From Laetmonice hystrix (Eukaryota): 64,000 bases of DNA. The stretch is from assembly GCA_965235115.1 (NCBI GenBank), contig OZ249436.1:53818001-53882000 (forward strand). Direction: 5' to 3'. Both the position numbers and the translations under genes were made by a program. The notes beneath the pieces are model-generated. The model was given only the letters and a program-made list of their open reading frames with translations, made no database searches and was not told where the DNA came from. This document shows positions 1 through 12,487 of this stretch, piece after piece. Position 1 is the stretch's first letter; the number at the start of each line of letters is the position of its first letter.

Positions 1-522
1 TAGGGGGCTGATCCCCCTACCAAAATGTCCCTGCCTGGTTGTTCCCATGCATAGTATGAAACAGGGGAGGCCTTCTTTCAAACTGAACTGTGAAATATAT
101 GGGAGCGTTCTTTCAAACTGAACGAAGCTATAGATCACAGATTTTAGGATACCTCTACAGAATATTAACTAGACCTCCAGATTGCAGGCAATCAGGTATC
201 CCGTTCCTCTATGGATGTGTCTAGAAAAGCTGTGTATGGCATGAAAGAAAGTCAACCATACCAGCAATGAACGAATAGTAATTATGGGTCCATGGTCGAC
301 CATTTACAAGCTTTAGCATTGGGAAATTGGGGAAATAACAATGACATCCTAATGACGTCATAGGTTACGTCACCTAAAAAATAATAATAATAAAAAAAAT
401 TGCAATCTGTGTGGCGCGTCATATCATGGTCATGATACCCTCCAAGACACTTAGAGGGATATTCACCTATATTCTCAGAAGTAGAAAATATAAAAATTGA
501 AATTAAAAAAAAAATTGTCTCA

Positions 523-584
523 TGTGGGATTCGAACCCAAAAACCTTTGCATGAAATTCCTATGCTCTACCACTGAGCCATGCC
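523..584 (-). pseudogene. tRNA-derived segment (copy 1) within the element
   Basis: Minus strand TGGCTCAGTGGTAGAGC (A box) … GGGTTCGAATCCC (B box); acceptor and anticodon stems do not pair. Confidence 0.65.
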
Positions 585-892
585 TTCACATCAGTAACAT
601 TTAGAGTGTTTAGTGTTTTAAGTCCTGAATAGATGCAAAATAGACAAATTGAAAAATCAGCCATGTTATATTATATGGCATAAAGGCTGTCACCAATCGA
701 AGAACCCCAGTCTAAAATACGTATACCAAATTTGGAGAAAATTCTCTAAAAAATCCTGTGTGTCATGTCATGTTATGTAATGGTCATGATACCCACCAAG
801 TTTGATCGAGATATCCAACAGTTAGAGGAATATTCACCTAGATTCTCCATCGTAGAAAAATATAAAAAATTAAATTTAAAAAAAGTTGTCCT

Positions 893-952
893 GTGTGGGA
901 TTCGAACCCAATACCCTTGGCATGACATTCCTACACTCTACCACTGAGCCAT
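893..952 (-). pseudogene. tRNA-derived segment (copy 2) within the element
   Basis: Diverged duplicate of 523-584 with the same A/B boxes. Confidence 0.65.
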
Positions 953-1589
953 CCATGCCAATAGATAAATTGTAGAGTCTTGGTGTGAATGAATGACCAA
1001 AGTGGTAAAGAACTAAGTATTACATCATACCACGGTTACGTCATGGCAGGCTTATAAAGGAGGCCTAGTGGAAGAGAATTATGCCATAAACATTAGATAT
1101 GACAGAGATTCAGCCGAATTTCTGATTACATGCAAAATAGACAAATTTCAAAGTCACGTGACTCAGCCATATGACGTCAGATCAAAACTAATTGGCCGTA
1201 ACTTTGTAAGGCCCACTATGGGCAATATTATATAGCCATTTATTTTTTATTTTATCGAGAGAGAAAGGCCCATAATCTTTTTGACTGTATACTACATTTT
1301 TGCCCATATCTGAATTAGGTCAAAGGTCAGAGGTCAAATGTATGTGGCAAATGATAGAGCTACTAGTGCTGAGTAAGTTGGCATAAATAACTTTTGTCTA
1401 TCTCTGCCCGGAAGTGTACCACGTGACACCAAAGTTGCTGTGTTTATGACGTCATACAATGACGTCATTACGTCCCATGACATATTCCATCATATGTCGA
1501 GATCTCCATGTTATGATGAATCATCCCTGCAAGTTTCATCCAGATATCTTGAAAAGTGAGGGAGATATTCCCCAAAGGTTAACTACAAC

Positions 1590-1623
<34 letters not shown>

Positions 1624-1729
1624 GTGTATACGAAACCGTACAATTTCATAATCCCGTTCCTCAGTCAGAGGAACGGGATAATTAGACCTATAGTCATGAC
1701 ACGCGCAATTATGCTTGCACACTCATACA

Positions 1730-1835
1730 TGGGGGTAAATGTCCTAGCATATCACGGGCGGCGGGTGTCCCAGGGGGTAGATGTCCAGGGGGTGGATGTC
1801 GGGGGGGATATCCGGGGGTGGATGTCCAGGGGGTC
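1730..1835. repeat. Short G-rich ~15-bp minisatellite (GGGGGTGGATGTCCA)
   Basis: About five imperfect tandem units visible. Confidence 0.6.
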
Positions 1836-4477
1836 GTTGCCCAAGAACCGTTTGTAAGTGCAAGATGACGGTATAGGGCAATGGCTGTTGCTGTAGTGCG
1901 TCTGATTGCAAAATTTTCTGTGACACGGATTGGGTCATTTGTCATTCAAGCACAATTTCTCTCACTCTTGCTCACTTAAGTATATGTCCAGCCTGTTTTT
2001 GCCACTTGGCATTAAAACAGCCCTTGTCATTTGTTTCCGAGAAGAGGAGGCGGTTGTGTCCCGGTTGTCGGGGTTCCTTCTCTCTTCATCCTCGGGAAAT
2101 AGGTCCAGGGTGTACTGCCACCAATAGTTGTTTAGTCCTCTACTGGAATTGAACCCCGGCCCCAAGATTACTGCACCCATTCGCATAGCATAAGGTATCA
2201 ACGCCCATGCGTGAGTGAGTGAGTAATGGTGGTTTTACGCCGTGTCGGCATCCAGGCCATCTTCACGGCGAAAACAGGGTAAAAAGACCACACAATGAAA
2301 AGGACCTATTATATCCCGGGCCCCAACGGGAATATCATCGAAACACACTCCATCCCGTCAGCCACCAACAACCCTGAAGTATAAAAGAGTCAGAAGTCCG
2401 GCCTCTGACAAAAACTCTAAAATATCTCCCGGTCTGACATTGCTAAAGAGATCCTTAAGACTTGTCTCAATATAAAACCGTTGTCTGGTCAGAGTAAAAT
2501 CGCTACACTCGAGTAAAAGATTCTTCAGTCAAAGGACACTGACAGCAATAACATTCTGGAGGTGACTCCCCTTCAACATCCAGTGGAATTAGATCTGCAT
2601 TAATTGAATACCTCCGTTTTTTTTCTGCATGGGTAAAAGTGCGACTTGTTCAAAAGTCACGGCGGCATGTAAAGATCGTTCCAAGGATGCGTAAAGTCCA
2701 TAAACCTTCTCCAATGTATATCTACAGGAGGTGGTAGACAGAACTCGGTTACTTTCTTCAGACGACTGCCTTCTTTCTCGTAAATTCACAAAATTGCCTT
2801 TCAAATCGATACCCATATTGTTAGTCGCAGCAAAACCGCACGCCATAAAATATGAGCGACTGGCAATATTTCCAACAATGATCTTGCACACCAGCAATTG
2901 AGGCAGGACTTCGGTGTTGAATCTTCGGCTGCCGCCGCGGACAGCGGTTATGGAATGGGCCTTGATTCATACTGATAGAAGTGTCCAGGATGGAACGGAT
3001 GCCCGCTTCAATCTGGTTCCTATTGGTGAAGTCATGAGGTCCTAGATGCAAACTATAGATTCTCCACGCAAAATCAACCGCAATGGTGTAACGCTAACTC
3101 GTATTGGGCGTATTGGGCGACACCTGCAATCGATATGTAGACCTATCCATGTCGGCGTTCTCTCTATCCTCCTAAACTGTTGAATGGAGGGAATTGTCGC
3201 GTCTTGTCGCACAGGGTAGGACAGGAAAGGCCTATAAATCTAAACCATTTGCGCACTGTCGGGAAACACAAAGGCGAGGCTGCAGTTGGCAGCCTTCCTT
3301 AAGACTCTGGACTCTGCATAAAAATAGGCTCATCTGTCAATGTTGTCGCCCTTAAGAACAGTTTCCCGAGCGAAAGGCGTTTGTTTCATTATTTCACGTA
3401 ATTTGCAGAGGTGCATAACCCCAACTACGACCTCAACTGTTTCCATGGAAATGGTCGACGTTTGGTCTTCGTGTGCTTGAATAAAGGGCTGATTATAGCG
3501 TTGTCAAAAACGGCAACGATTTCTTGTTGCATAATTCTCCCCTCTTTTTATTCATTTCGAGAATATAAAGTTACTCTCACCGATGGAGCAGTCATTGTTT
3601 TAGGAAAGAGCGTCTGGTCTGCGTTGGATCGTGCTGCCAAAAGGACCCTTGAAGGAGACAAAATGACTTGGTCTAGATCAGTTCAGAATTCCATTTACCG
3701 ATAAATTTGATTAATTGTTGACAAATGCAATCACTTGCGTTTTTAACCATCAAGGCCTTTCTGAAAGAATTCCATTACTGGAAATCTAACCTCAAAATGA
3801 ACGGGCTCCTTCACGAAATCCGCCTTGAACATCACAGTTACCTTATATCTTTTAACAAATGTTGATGTTGGATAATAATCAGCATATCAGAATGCATATA
3901 TGCATCTTATTATGGCAATTAAAAGAATAATTTTGTTTGATTGTTTTTTTTTCATCCTTCCAAATGGCCTGCTGTTTAAGAAAAAATGCCCGAGCAAATC
4001 TATTACAAAGGCACATCAGACTGCTTTGTCAACCGTGGCAGTAACCATGTATTTTATTATATGGAAAGCGCATTCTCCCCCGTTATCTTAATAATTATTA
4101 CGTCATAGGATCTCTTAATATCAGTTTATTTAGGGGGAAGGGGGGTTAAACTGTAAAGTTCAAGCGTTTACACATTAACAGAGTGGGCAAAATATATATA
4201 TGGCACCGGTTTAAACGTAAATAAATTTTCCTCCACGAGCCAAACTGGCTTCGGTATGAATTTGACTTTTGCTAAAGGGTAAATCCCTTGTCCAAATCCA
4301 AATCGGATTGGGAGATTTCCCTTGGTCATCGGCCTGTGCCTGTAACTTTCGTTAAGAAGGTCTGCCCCGCTAACGGATTTATAATTTAGGTATCGCCAAT
4401 AAATAATTATTTGTCATGATAAACTGAACTTGGTATTCGTTGAATCAGTGCATAAAAGGATATCTTTCAGTCCAATC

Positions 4478-5179
4478 GTTACGTTCACCAAATTAGGAAA
4501 AAATAGGACACTGGAGGAAATAAGCGCAACATCGTACATGCACAACGAATATTGTACAGTTATTTCCCAGTGTCATATAGCGTCATCTCTTGAGTCATTG
4601 ACCCTTTAGTCTCAGTAGAGCCTATATCTTCAGTTCATTCAGTTCAGTAGGGATAGGATTTTCCACTCGGCACACCGTTCGACTGACTGACGTCATGTCT
4701 CGGCTGTACGACGAAGGTCGCCACGTTGGGGGGTGGGGTGAGTGGGTGGCTAGGTCGGGATCAGTGGCCCGGGTGTAGACAACAGTAAACTGAAATTCCC
4801 ACGGTGCCGCCGTGCCGAAAATAGAAAACTCCCTACTTAATTAGCCTGTGTGGGACTTTACAGAGTCAGAATATCTGGTTTGCTCGCAGGTGAAGAAGAG
4901 ACTGTTTTGCCTCTACGGTAGAAAATTCGAGAAGGATAGGTATGTTTAAAAAAATAGATTTAAACTATGTGCCTGTGCGTATATAGGAGCAAATTCGACA
5001 ATTTACTGCTCATCACTACATCCGCGATGCCGCTTTACACGACTTTGCACAAAGCCTGGGGAAATGGCCGCTTCAAAGATCCGAGGCCTGGTTCGCCTCC
5101 GGATATGACCTAGAAACAGCCAATCAGAAGCAGCGTCGGTTTTTCGAGTGTCCTATTTTCATTATTCAGAGGTACGGTA
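4478..5179. mobile_element. Possible old TIR element
   Basis: AAAATAGGACACT (~4500-4512) is inverted to AGTGTCCTATTTT (~5147-5159); the right end finishes TACGGTA (pogo/Tigger-like). Confidence 0.35.
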
Positions 5180-8100
5180 ATCTACTTCAGTTCGTCTCAG
5201 TTGAGGGTAACCCCTTCTTATCTATGAAAATGTATATCAAGAGAATTATGTCATTATTAAAGCGGAATCATACGTAAATTAACGAAAATAAAACACTTAA
5301 CGAAAATAAAACACTTACCTGTCACCCATAGCAACCTATTGACATGAAGACACACTGTTGCTACAGTTGATGATCTTTGTTGATTCGGACCGAAGCTAGA
5401 ACATCATAATTAGCAGGAGTTTGAATTTGCCTCCGCTCTCCGAAAGGGGCGCTGCAAATGACGTCGAACAACATCCCATAATAGTCCTAGGTCCTGGGGA
5501 ACCCCATGCTAACTTCAGGTATCGCTACACCATATTTGATTATCACTATATGCTTGCTTTGTAAATATGCCTCCGAGGGCTTTTAAGCGACGAAAGTCGA
5601 TGTATGCAACATAATCAGCTAAAAAAGCAGAGAAAGAAGGAGTTGGACAGAAGACGTCACAGGGCTCGTGGCATTGAAATAGATCGGTGGATGGCCTCGA
5701 AACCCCACGCTCCGAGCGTCACCTGAGAATGTGAGAGGGGCTGAAACTCAGCTTGGGAATTCCCCTGTTATACGGTTACCCAAAAAGGCAAAGCGGTTCG
5801 AAGGTTGAGCGTTAGATTGCAACGGAGCCAGCTGAACGTTCTCACATTACATTTGGTTGGTCTCACTTCAATTTATTTGAGTTTACATGTGACACTAAGC
5901 TGATTTATATGGCAGGGTGTCGATATTACAGGTTTTAAAAATAGTGTAACTTTAAATGACCATTTCCAGCATACCGTATTTTGTCATTCTGTCCCTTACA
6001 TTTACAAGGCCCCCTTGTCACACCGGACAATATATAAAATGATATTATAATAAATATGCTATTCAAATATACGGGTTCGCAATTTCCGGCACAACTGGAG
6101 TCGCTGACATCCTTACCACGAACTAATCATTCTTGGGGCTCTTCACATAATTGTAGATAAGAGCCCTTATATTCTCCGACGTAGGATGGGGGTTGCTAAC
6201 CTAGAGGTAGTTTGTAATCTAATCAGAATGTTTTATTAACGAGGCAATTGTTGCCGGGAGCCCTGCCATTCCCGGAATTTGTAGGCACATTATTCTCATT
6301 AGCAGATTTAACTGAGCGACTCTGCACGGGTAATTAGAAGGGGAGCTATCCAAAAATTTGTTTAGCCTCCCCCCTGGGGCTTCTATAGATGTGACAGTGC
6401 CGGTGAATAAGGACCATTTTCAGGATCACAATCTTTATACACATTTTCAGTAATACCCATGGGGGAAAAGGGATGCGCTAACGGAAAGTTATCTGTGGGA
6501 AAAGGGGTGAATATAGAGACGACAAACGAGTCGGGTTTTTTTGCTGTAAAATTCAATCCCCTTGAATACAGGTCCTCCCGTTCAGAGGAAGATGATTATT
6601 GGTTTTTTTTTCAAAGTCTGAAATATTGGTTGCCGCGGGCTTTTTAATTGAAACTAGATTAACCTGAGATTTTGAGCTAAAGCGTATTTAAATACGTGAC
6701 GTTTACATTGAACGAGCTGATGTTACCGATTTGGGACACAGACAGGACAACATCCCCATTTGCGTAATATTAGGCCTATAAGTTATCAATCGCCAAAGGT
6801 TTTGAGCACTTCTGTAGCAGTTGTGGAAATGCTTGGTTTCTTGTCTGGTTTTGTGAAGCTATAGGGCATGCATCGACCACAGTTGTGGTTGTCAATAAAG
6901 TTCCTTCCAGTTACCTACTTCATCGTTAATGCCCGCCTCGAGTACCGTTTGCTGTTTATTTGAGCTTCCCATTCATATACACTTTCTGTTAGCGCTTGGA
7001 TGGCAAGATCAATTTATATACTCGAAAACATTTGTCCGACAGCGCCACACGAACCTTTTTGCTTAACCAAAGTACCTCTCAATAATATATCATATATTCG
7101 GTGGCTGCTCCACCTCCGGGGCCTGAAGGCGTTGCGATTGCCATAACACCTGCTCTCGACTCGGGGCCCGTTAGGCATGTCGCACATGCACAACATGGCA
7201 CCACAGGTAATGATCGGGCTTACGGCGGCGGGAGCAAGCATCAGCTAACTGAGCGGTGTAACAGACACCATCCTTCCGAGAACAGACGGCTAATTTGTTC
7301 CTTTACTAGAAGACATCAGTCATCCTTGCGCATACGAAGCTTGTATCAACACTTAACGTGTGACGTAAAATCAGGCGTAACAGACTCGATGAGAGAGCGG
7401 GGGTTATAAAGTAGGGAAAACGGTCAATTTGAACTGAGAATACCCTCTGAGCGACAGTCTGCCACCGAATTTATTACCGCGGCTTACATATAGCGGAATA
7501 ACATCCTCACATCCTGTGCAGAAATTCGTTTTTGTCGAAGAATTATGAAGTAGCTACACGATCAGCTAAATCGTGCGCTTATTAGTATGTGGCTCTCTTA
7601 CGACCAGTTAGAAAGGCGGGCAATATTTCACTCGCAAGATGGCGATGTCCCCGAGTACGAGGGATTACAGCAGTAATATCTCAGCCGAGGCTGGTGGTCA
7701 TTATAGAAGCGGATGCTGCCTGCAGTACACTTATCAAAGCAATGCTAAGCAGAAATATTCGTTCCAAGAGGGAATAGAGGGCACACTTTCGAATGATGCT
7801 TATCTTGTTCTCAGCATGAAAAGTTTTCCTTTTTGGAGTCAACATCGATTTGGCCATATCAATTTGTGTCAGTATATAAATCCCATCACATACAAGAGCT
7901 TTATAATATTGAAAAAGTGAAATTGTGACTAAATGATTATAACAAAGAAAGGTTAACAACTATTTGCGATATGGCTATATCTAACACATCTTAGTTTTCT
8001 CTTCAGTAATAGCCTTATTTTCCGCTGATATTTGATCTAATATTGTGAAAGGTAACCGAGGCTATCATGTTCTCTCTTGCGTTGCGGTTTTTACTATTAT

Positions 8101-10527
8101 GAGCCCATGCAAGTATGGATGATGACCGTATCCAGCACAAACGACGCCAGGATTGAGAGGAAGACGCTGATCCCCACCCCATTCGATATGCCACATCAAT
8201 CATACCCATGTCCTGCTCGCGGATCTATTCCAACCACCTTTTAACAAATTTATAATCTGTGAGAAGCCGCTGCACGGGGCAGGCCATACAATTATCGCTT
8301 AATGATTTGTACCTGCAACTTATCAGCAGACCTCTTTTCGGTCAAACCGGCCATTAGCGAGGGACTGACGGGAGGGGACGGGGGTGCTGTGTGGCCACTT
8401 TTTCTTCCCCAGCGTCATTTATCTAACTGGCATTAGAATTCGTACATGGGGGCACAATGCTCAGGCGACTATACCCTGAGTCACCTTTCTATCCATGCCC
8501 TCCCCTTTACTTCCAGGGGGGAACATCGTTTCCTGTAAAAAAAAATTCTTCCCCCTATGACTGGATGAAAACATCGGCATTATAAATGACATATTATACT
8601 TCCGGGAAATTCCGAGGTGTCATCCGCTGTGTCACCAAAATAATAAATCATATTTGATGGGCTTAACCTTTTCAAATACAGAGTTCGGATTGTCTTTCCA
8701 TAGACAGGTGGTGCTGATGTTTCAAACCAAACCTATCCTTTGATCAGCGGCTCGTTACTGATCAGAAGATCGTATTGTGAGTCAGAGAGCATTTAGAAAT
8801 CAGGCATGTCATCAGTTTAACCTTGTCTTTATCTATAGCCGGCGGTTGACAGTAGCGTGGGACCCCAAGCACCCCCTCAATTTGCCCAATTTTTCTTTTT
8901 TGGTGGCCTTGTTGCCCACACACCCCTCCCAATTTGCAGCGCCTACGACGTTGGCTATTTCCAGCACCCCCTGGGTCGAGTTTCTGGGTACGCCACTGGT
9001 TAAAACATCCGTGGTTCATACAGAATTTTTGGTGCGGTAAAGTGCATATAGTGGACAGCTCGGACAGACAAGACACTGTGAAAGTAAAACGATGTGAACC
9101 TGCGAAATGCCGCAGTTCGTAGGTTTCCGAAAGGGGTTGGGGGACAGAGTGAAATCCGCTGGCTGTGAGAAACCTTATCATCCCCACCTCCATTATCCAC
9201 CAATAGAGGCCCATAACAAGCGCATAAAAAAAACTGCATGGCATCTGCAAAATAAAGATGTGTCACACAAACATACCCGCCTTATACCTAATAGACGCTG
9301 ATGAAAACCGCAGCTAGCGATTTCATTGGAGCATTCAGACAAAACAGATACGTGTCCGTCACTACCTTGATTAAATGCAAGTTACTTTGTTCAGACGGGA
9401 AAACTGTCTAACTGTCGGGAATGGCCTGAGATAAATACTGGTGCCACATTTTATATCAGTGAAGCGTTATTGGCCGGGATTGCCGCAAGTTCTCTCCAAA
9501 CATAAAATGGCAACAGAACAGAGAGAAAGAATCAGATCAGAAGAAAAATAGAAAGGACGAAAGATGGTATAACGATTAATAAACAGGAGCAAAACCAAAC
9601 TTTACTACAATAGCAATATACATGTAGCCGTATTGTTATTGTAATTTATACTGCAAAAGAACTTCGTACCAGTAGATGCCATGTTTCAGTAGAGAGGGCC
9701 GTTGTCGCTGTGGGAGGATCTGGCAGTAGTGTTTTTTGATCCCCGTCCTATACCGAAACCCAGGGCCGCGGGCCATTCAGTTCCCGGCCTTGTATAAGGC
9801 CCTCACATCATATGGCTGGCTGCGCATCGTACGCACTGCCCCTCTAAAAGGGATTACTACGTGCACGGTTGGTCACTCCCAGCTCAACGACCTATGTTTG
9901 TCGGTGTGTCCTAGGTGATTCAGATGCACGTAAGCATTAACTAAAAAGAGATAAAAGAAAAATATTTCGACTTCAAAAGCAAAACTAAAGATACAGGTCA
10001 TCTGGTAAGGACACAATGTCACCTGCTGGGATAAACTTTTTGATAAAGTGTTTCAGAGGCGGAGTTGGTTCCCCCTCGGGGAAACACGTATTTACCTACA
10101 GTCACAGTGCCCAGGAAGTGCTGCTCACCGCAAGGCTTTCACGTTCTGTACCCGCTCCATGCCACGTTCCACGTAGTGTTTGCACTGGGTAGGGCAAGAT
10201 GAAATCGACCATTGGTCATTTTGAATTTATATCAAATCGACGTGTAGGGCGTAACTGCTGAAGAAAAGCGAGTGGAAGTGACTTATTGAGCGCTATTCAG
10301 AAAAAAAGGAAAGAGAGAGAATGAGGGAAAGAGAAAAAGGGAAAAAGATGGCGGCGCTTATGTTCGATTTGTGGGGACTTCAGCCGAGTAAACCATCAAC
10401 ATCTCGCAACATCTCGGGCTCTCCGTATATACGCAAAACACCTCGAAAGTATTACGGGCGCTGCCATGTCCGTTGACGTCAGAATGTATTTCGGCCTCTG
10501 CCATGTCCGGTGTGGTCAGAATGTATT

Positions 10528-10860
10528 AGCGAGCGCAGCGAGCCGCGCAACGGCTCGCGAAGCGAGCTCTATGACAACACGTGTGAAACGGTAGCCAAGG
10601 TGACACATACCGTCTCACCAAAAAATTTCGTCACGTAAAACCGGAACCGGAAAAACCATGGAGCAAATCCATGGAGAAATCCATGGAGGGTCATGTGACC
10701 CTTGCAGAGCGTGTCTGGTTTGTGACGCCACAATAATCCCAACATCCGTGCTGCTAGGTAACCAGTCCTGACATTGTATCAAAGATTGTACTAGGATCCT
10801 AGTACAATGTACAATCTTTGATTGTATATTGTAGGCCTCCCGTCGCTGCGCTCGCCCTCT
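10528..10860. mobile_element. Small element with subterminal inverted repeats and hairpin (HINE/MITE-like) interrupting the 37-bp array
   Basis: GCGAGCGCAGCGA (10529-10541) and TCGCTGCGCTCGC (10843-10855) are exact inverted repeats; hairpin GCGAGCCG-CGCAA-CGGCTCGC at 10538-10558. Confidence 0.55.
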
Positions 10861-10877
10861 AGGTAGCACCTACATCA

Positions 10878-11242
10878 TATTACGGCCGCTGCCATGTCCG
10901 GTGACGTCAGAATGTATTTCGGCCGCTGCCATGTCCGGTGTGGTCAGAATGTATTACGGCCGCTGCCATGTCCGGTGACGTCAGAATGTATTACGGCCGC
11001 TGCCATGTCCGGTGACGTCAGAATGTATTACGGCCGCTGCCATGTCCGGTGACGTCAGAATGTATTACGGCCGCTGCCATGTCCGGTGACGTCAGAATGT
11101 ATTTCGGCCGCTGCCATGTCCGGTGACGTCAGAATGTATTTCGGCCGCTGCCATGTCCGGTGACGTCAGAATGTATTTCGGCCGCTGCCATGTCCGGTGA
11201 CGTCAGAATGTATTACGGCCGCTGCCATGTCCGGTGACGTCA
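10878..11242. repeat. 37-bp minisatellite (TATTACGGCCGCTGCCATGTCCGGTGACGTCAGAATG), ~10 copies
   Basis: Period 37 (GGCCGCT at 10884, 10921, 10958…); two further diverged units at ~10450-10527. Confidence 0.95.
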
Positions 11243-12198
11243 AACATGTAATACAGGAAACATCGGCGCTGAGATGTTCAACCCTGGATTAACCCCGTAG
11301 TACAGCTTTATATTGAGAAAGAACTGACCAATCACGTTTCAGTATTCTGTAAAACCATATACCTAGAGTAACTACTCTAGGTCTATGGTAAAACCGAATA
11401 ATAAGTTAAACATTCTAAATCAAGTATGGACGCATTCGTGATTCCCTCGGGCATATGACGTCATGACCGAGGGACTCCCGATTGGTATGGACGCGCTGAG
11501 GGCACCGATGAATATCTTCCGGGGATTCGCGGATTTCAACTTTTTTGAGACTGAAAATTGTGTTAAAATCCCGCTTCAATACTACCGGATACACCAAAAT
11601 GCACTAAATTTGTGTCAGATTCATAAGTTTCCGCAATATCTTTAGGCCTAGGCCTATATGCGTTGGAACTACACAGCAGGGCGGTATCGAACATGAGCGG
11701 TAATGTAGTCGAGCATCCTCACACCGACGTTGTACGTCTGTAGCTTTCTGGCTGGTCCCCTGGCCCCCTGAAGCGACACGGACGGACCGGCGTAGGTCTT
11801 AACTGCTTACAACAGTTGCTATAAGCGGCTATAATAATTATTATTTGTCAGTTTAGACCTGGATCTAAACTGACAACTGTTGTCAGTTTAAACCAGTTGT
11901 CAGTTTAGACCTGCACAACCGGCTCACATCGTGACGTCAGACACCAGAAAGTGGGGCGAAGTTTGCATGCAGGCAGAGTGGCCCATCGAAGGGCCTTGTG
12001 AGGCTCACCATTTAGTGGGTCAATTTATCCGATGTCGAATGGAGATTTTAGACTCGTTTAGATGTCGTTTTATTGAAAAGGTGACCACCACCAGAATGCG
12101 TTGCATATCAGTGCCCTTTGACACTGAAGCACCTGTTACTTTTTACGATATTTCTGCTATAGGCAATATTTTATTGTGAGGCTTAGGACATCATTAGG

Positions 12199-12487
12199 AC
12201 AAGACAAAGTCTTTTTCCCCACTTATTCAGTCTAACCTACAGGGATAATGATGATACTGGAAGGAACCCGCACACCGGACAAATCCCTACACTTTTGAAA
12301 CAGGGCTCTCTAATAGGCTACACTGCATCATAGCCGTCCCCATATGCTTCCACCTTTCACCAAATTTGGTACAATTGTAGCTATGTACTTCTGAGAAATC
12401 GCTGTCCACGGATGTAATTACGAACGGAACTACGTACGGACGGAGGTTGAATTAGAAGCCCTCGCCCCTTCGGCTTGGGGGCTAATA
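12199..12487 (+). mobile_element. Short HINE-like element
   Basis: CACCAAATTTGGT…TTCTGAGAAATCGC…(ACGG)n remnant, then terminal hairpin AGCCCTCGCC-CCTTC-GGCTTGGGGCT followed by AATAA. Confidence 0.5.

Larger units (their letters stand above)
1..1683 (+). mobile_element. 3' part of a Helentron/HINE-like non-autonomous element (5' boundary uncertain)
   Basis: Internal duplicated blocks, GGTCAAAGGTCA motif, (AAT)n at ~1590-1623, then a perfect 12-bp stem-loop ATCCCGTTCCTC-AGTCA-GAGGAACGGGAT (1651-1679) ending in AAT, which is the typical HINE 3' architecture. Confidence 0.6.

Noticed and set aside
523..952. Functional tRNA genes (also at ~38020-38085, 34800-34877 and 35860-35936)
   Set aside because: A/B boxes are present, but acceptor and anticodon stems do not pair; they are embedded in repeats, hence SINE or pseudo-tRNA.
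1459..1857. ORF with a poly-Ile 'transmembrane' stretch
   Set aside because: The poly-Ile is the (AAT)n microsatellite and the C-terminus is a G-rich minisatellite.
2280..3900. Possible decayed retroelement or gene fragment following a (GTGA)n SINE/LINE-like tail at ~2211-2280
   Set aside because: No RT, endonuclease or other motif recognisable in the translations I could read.
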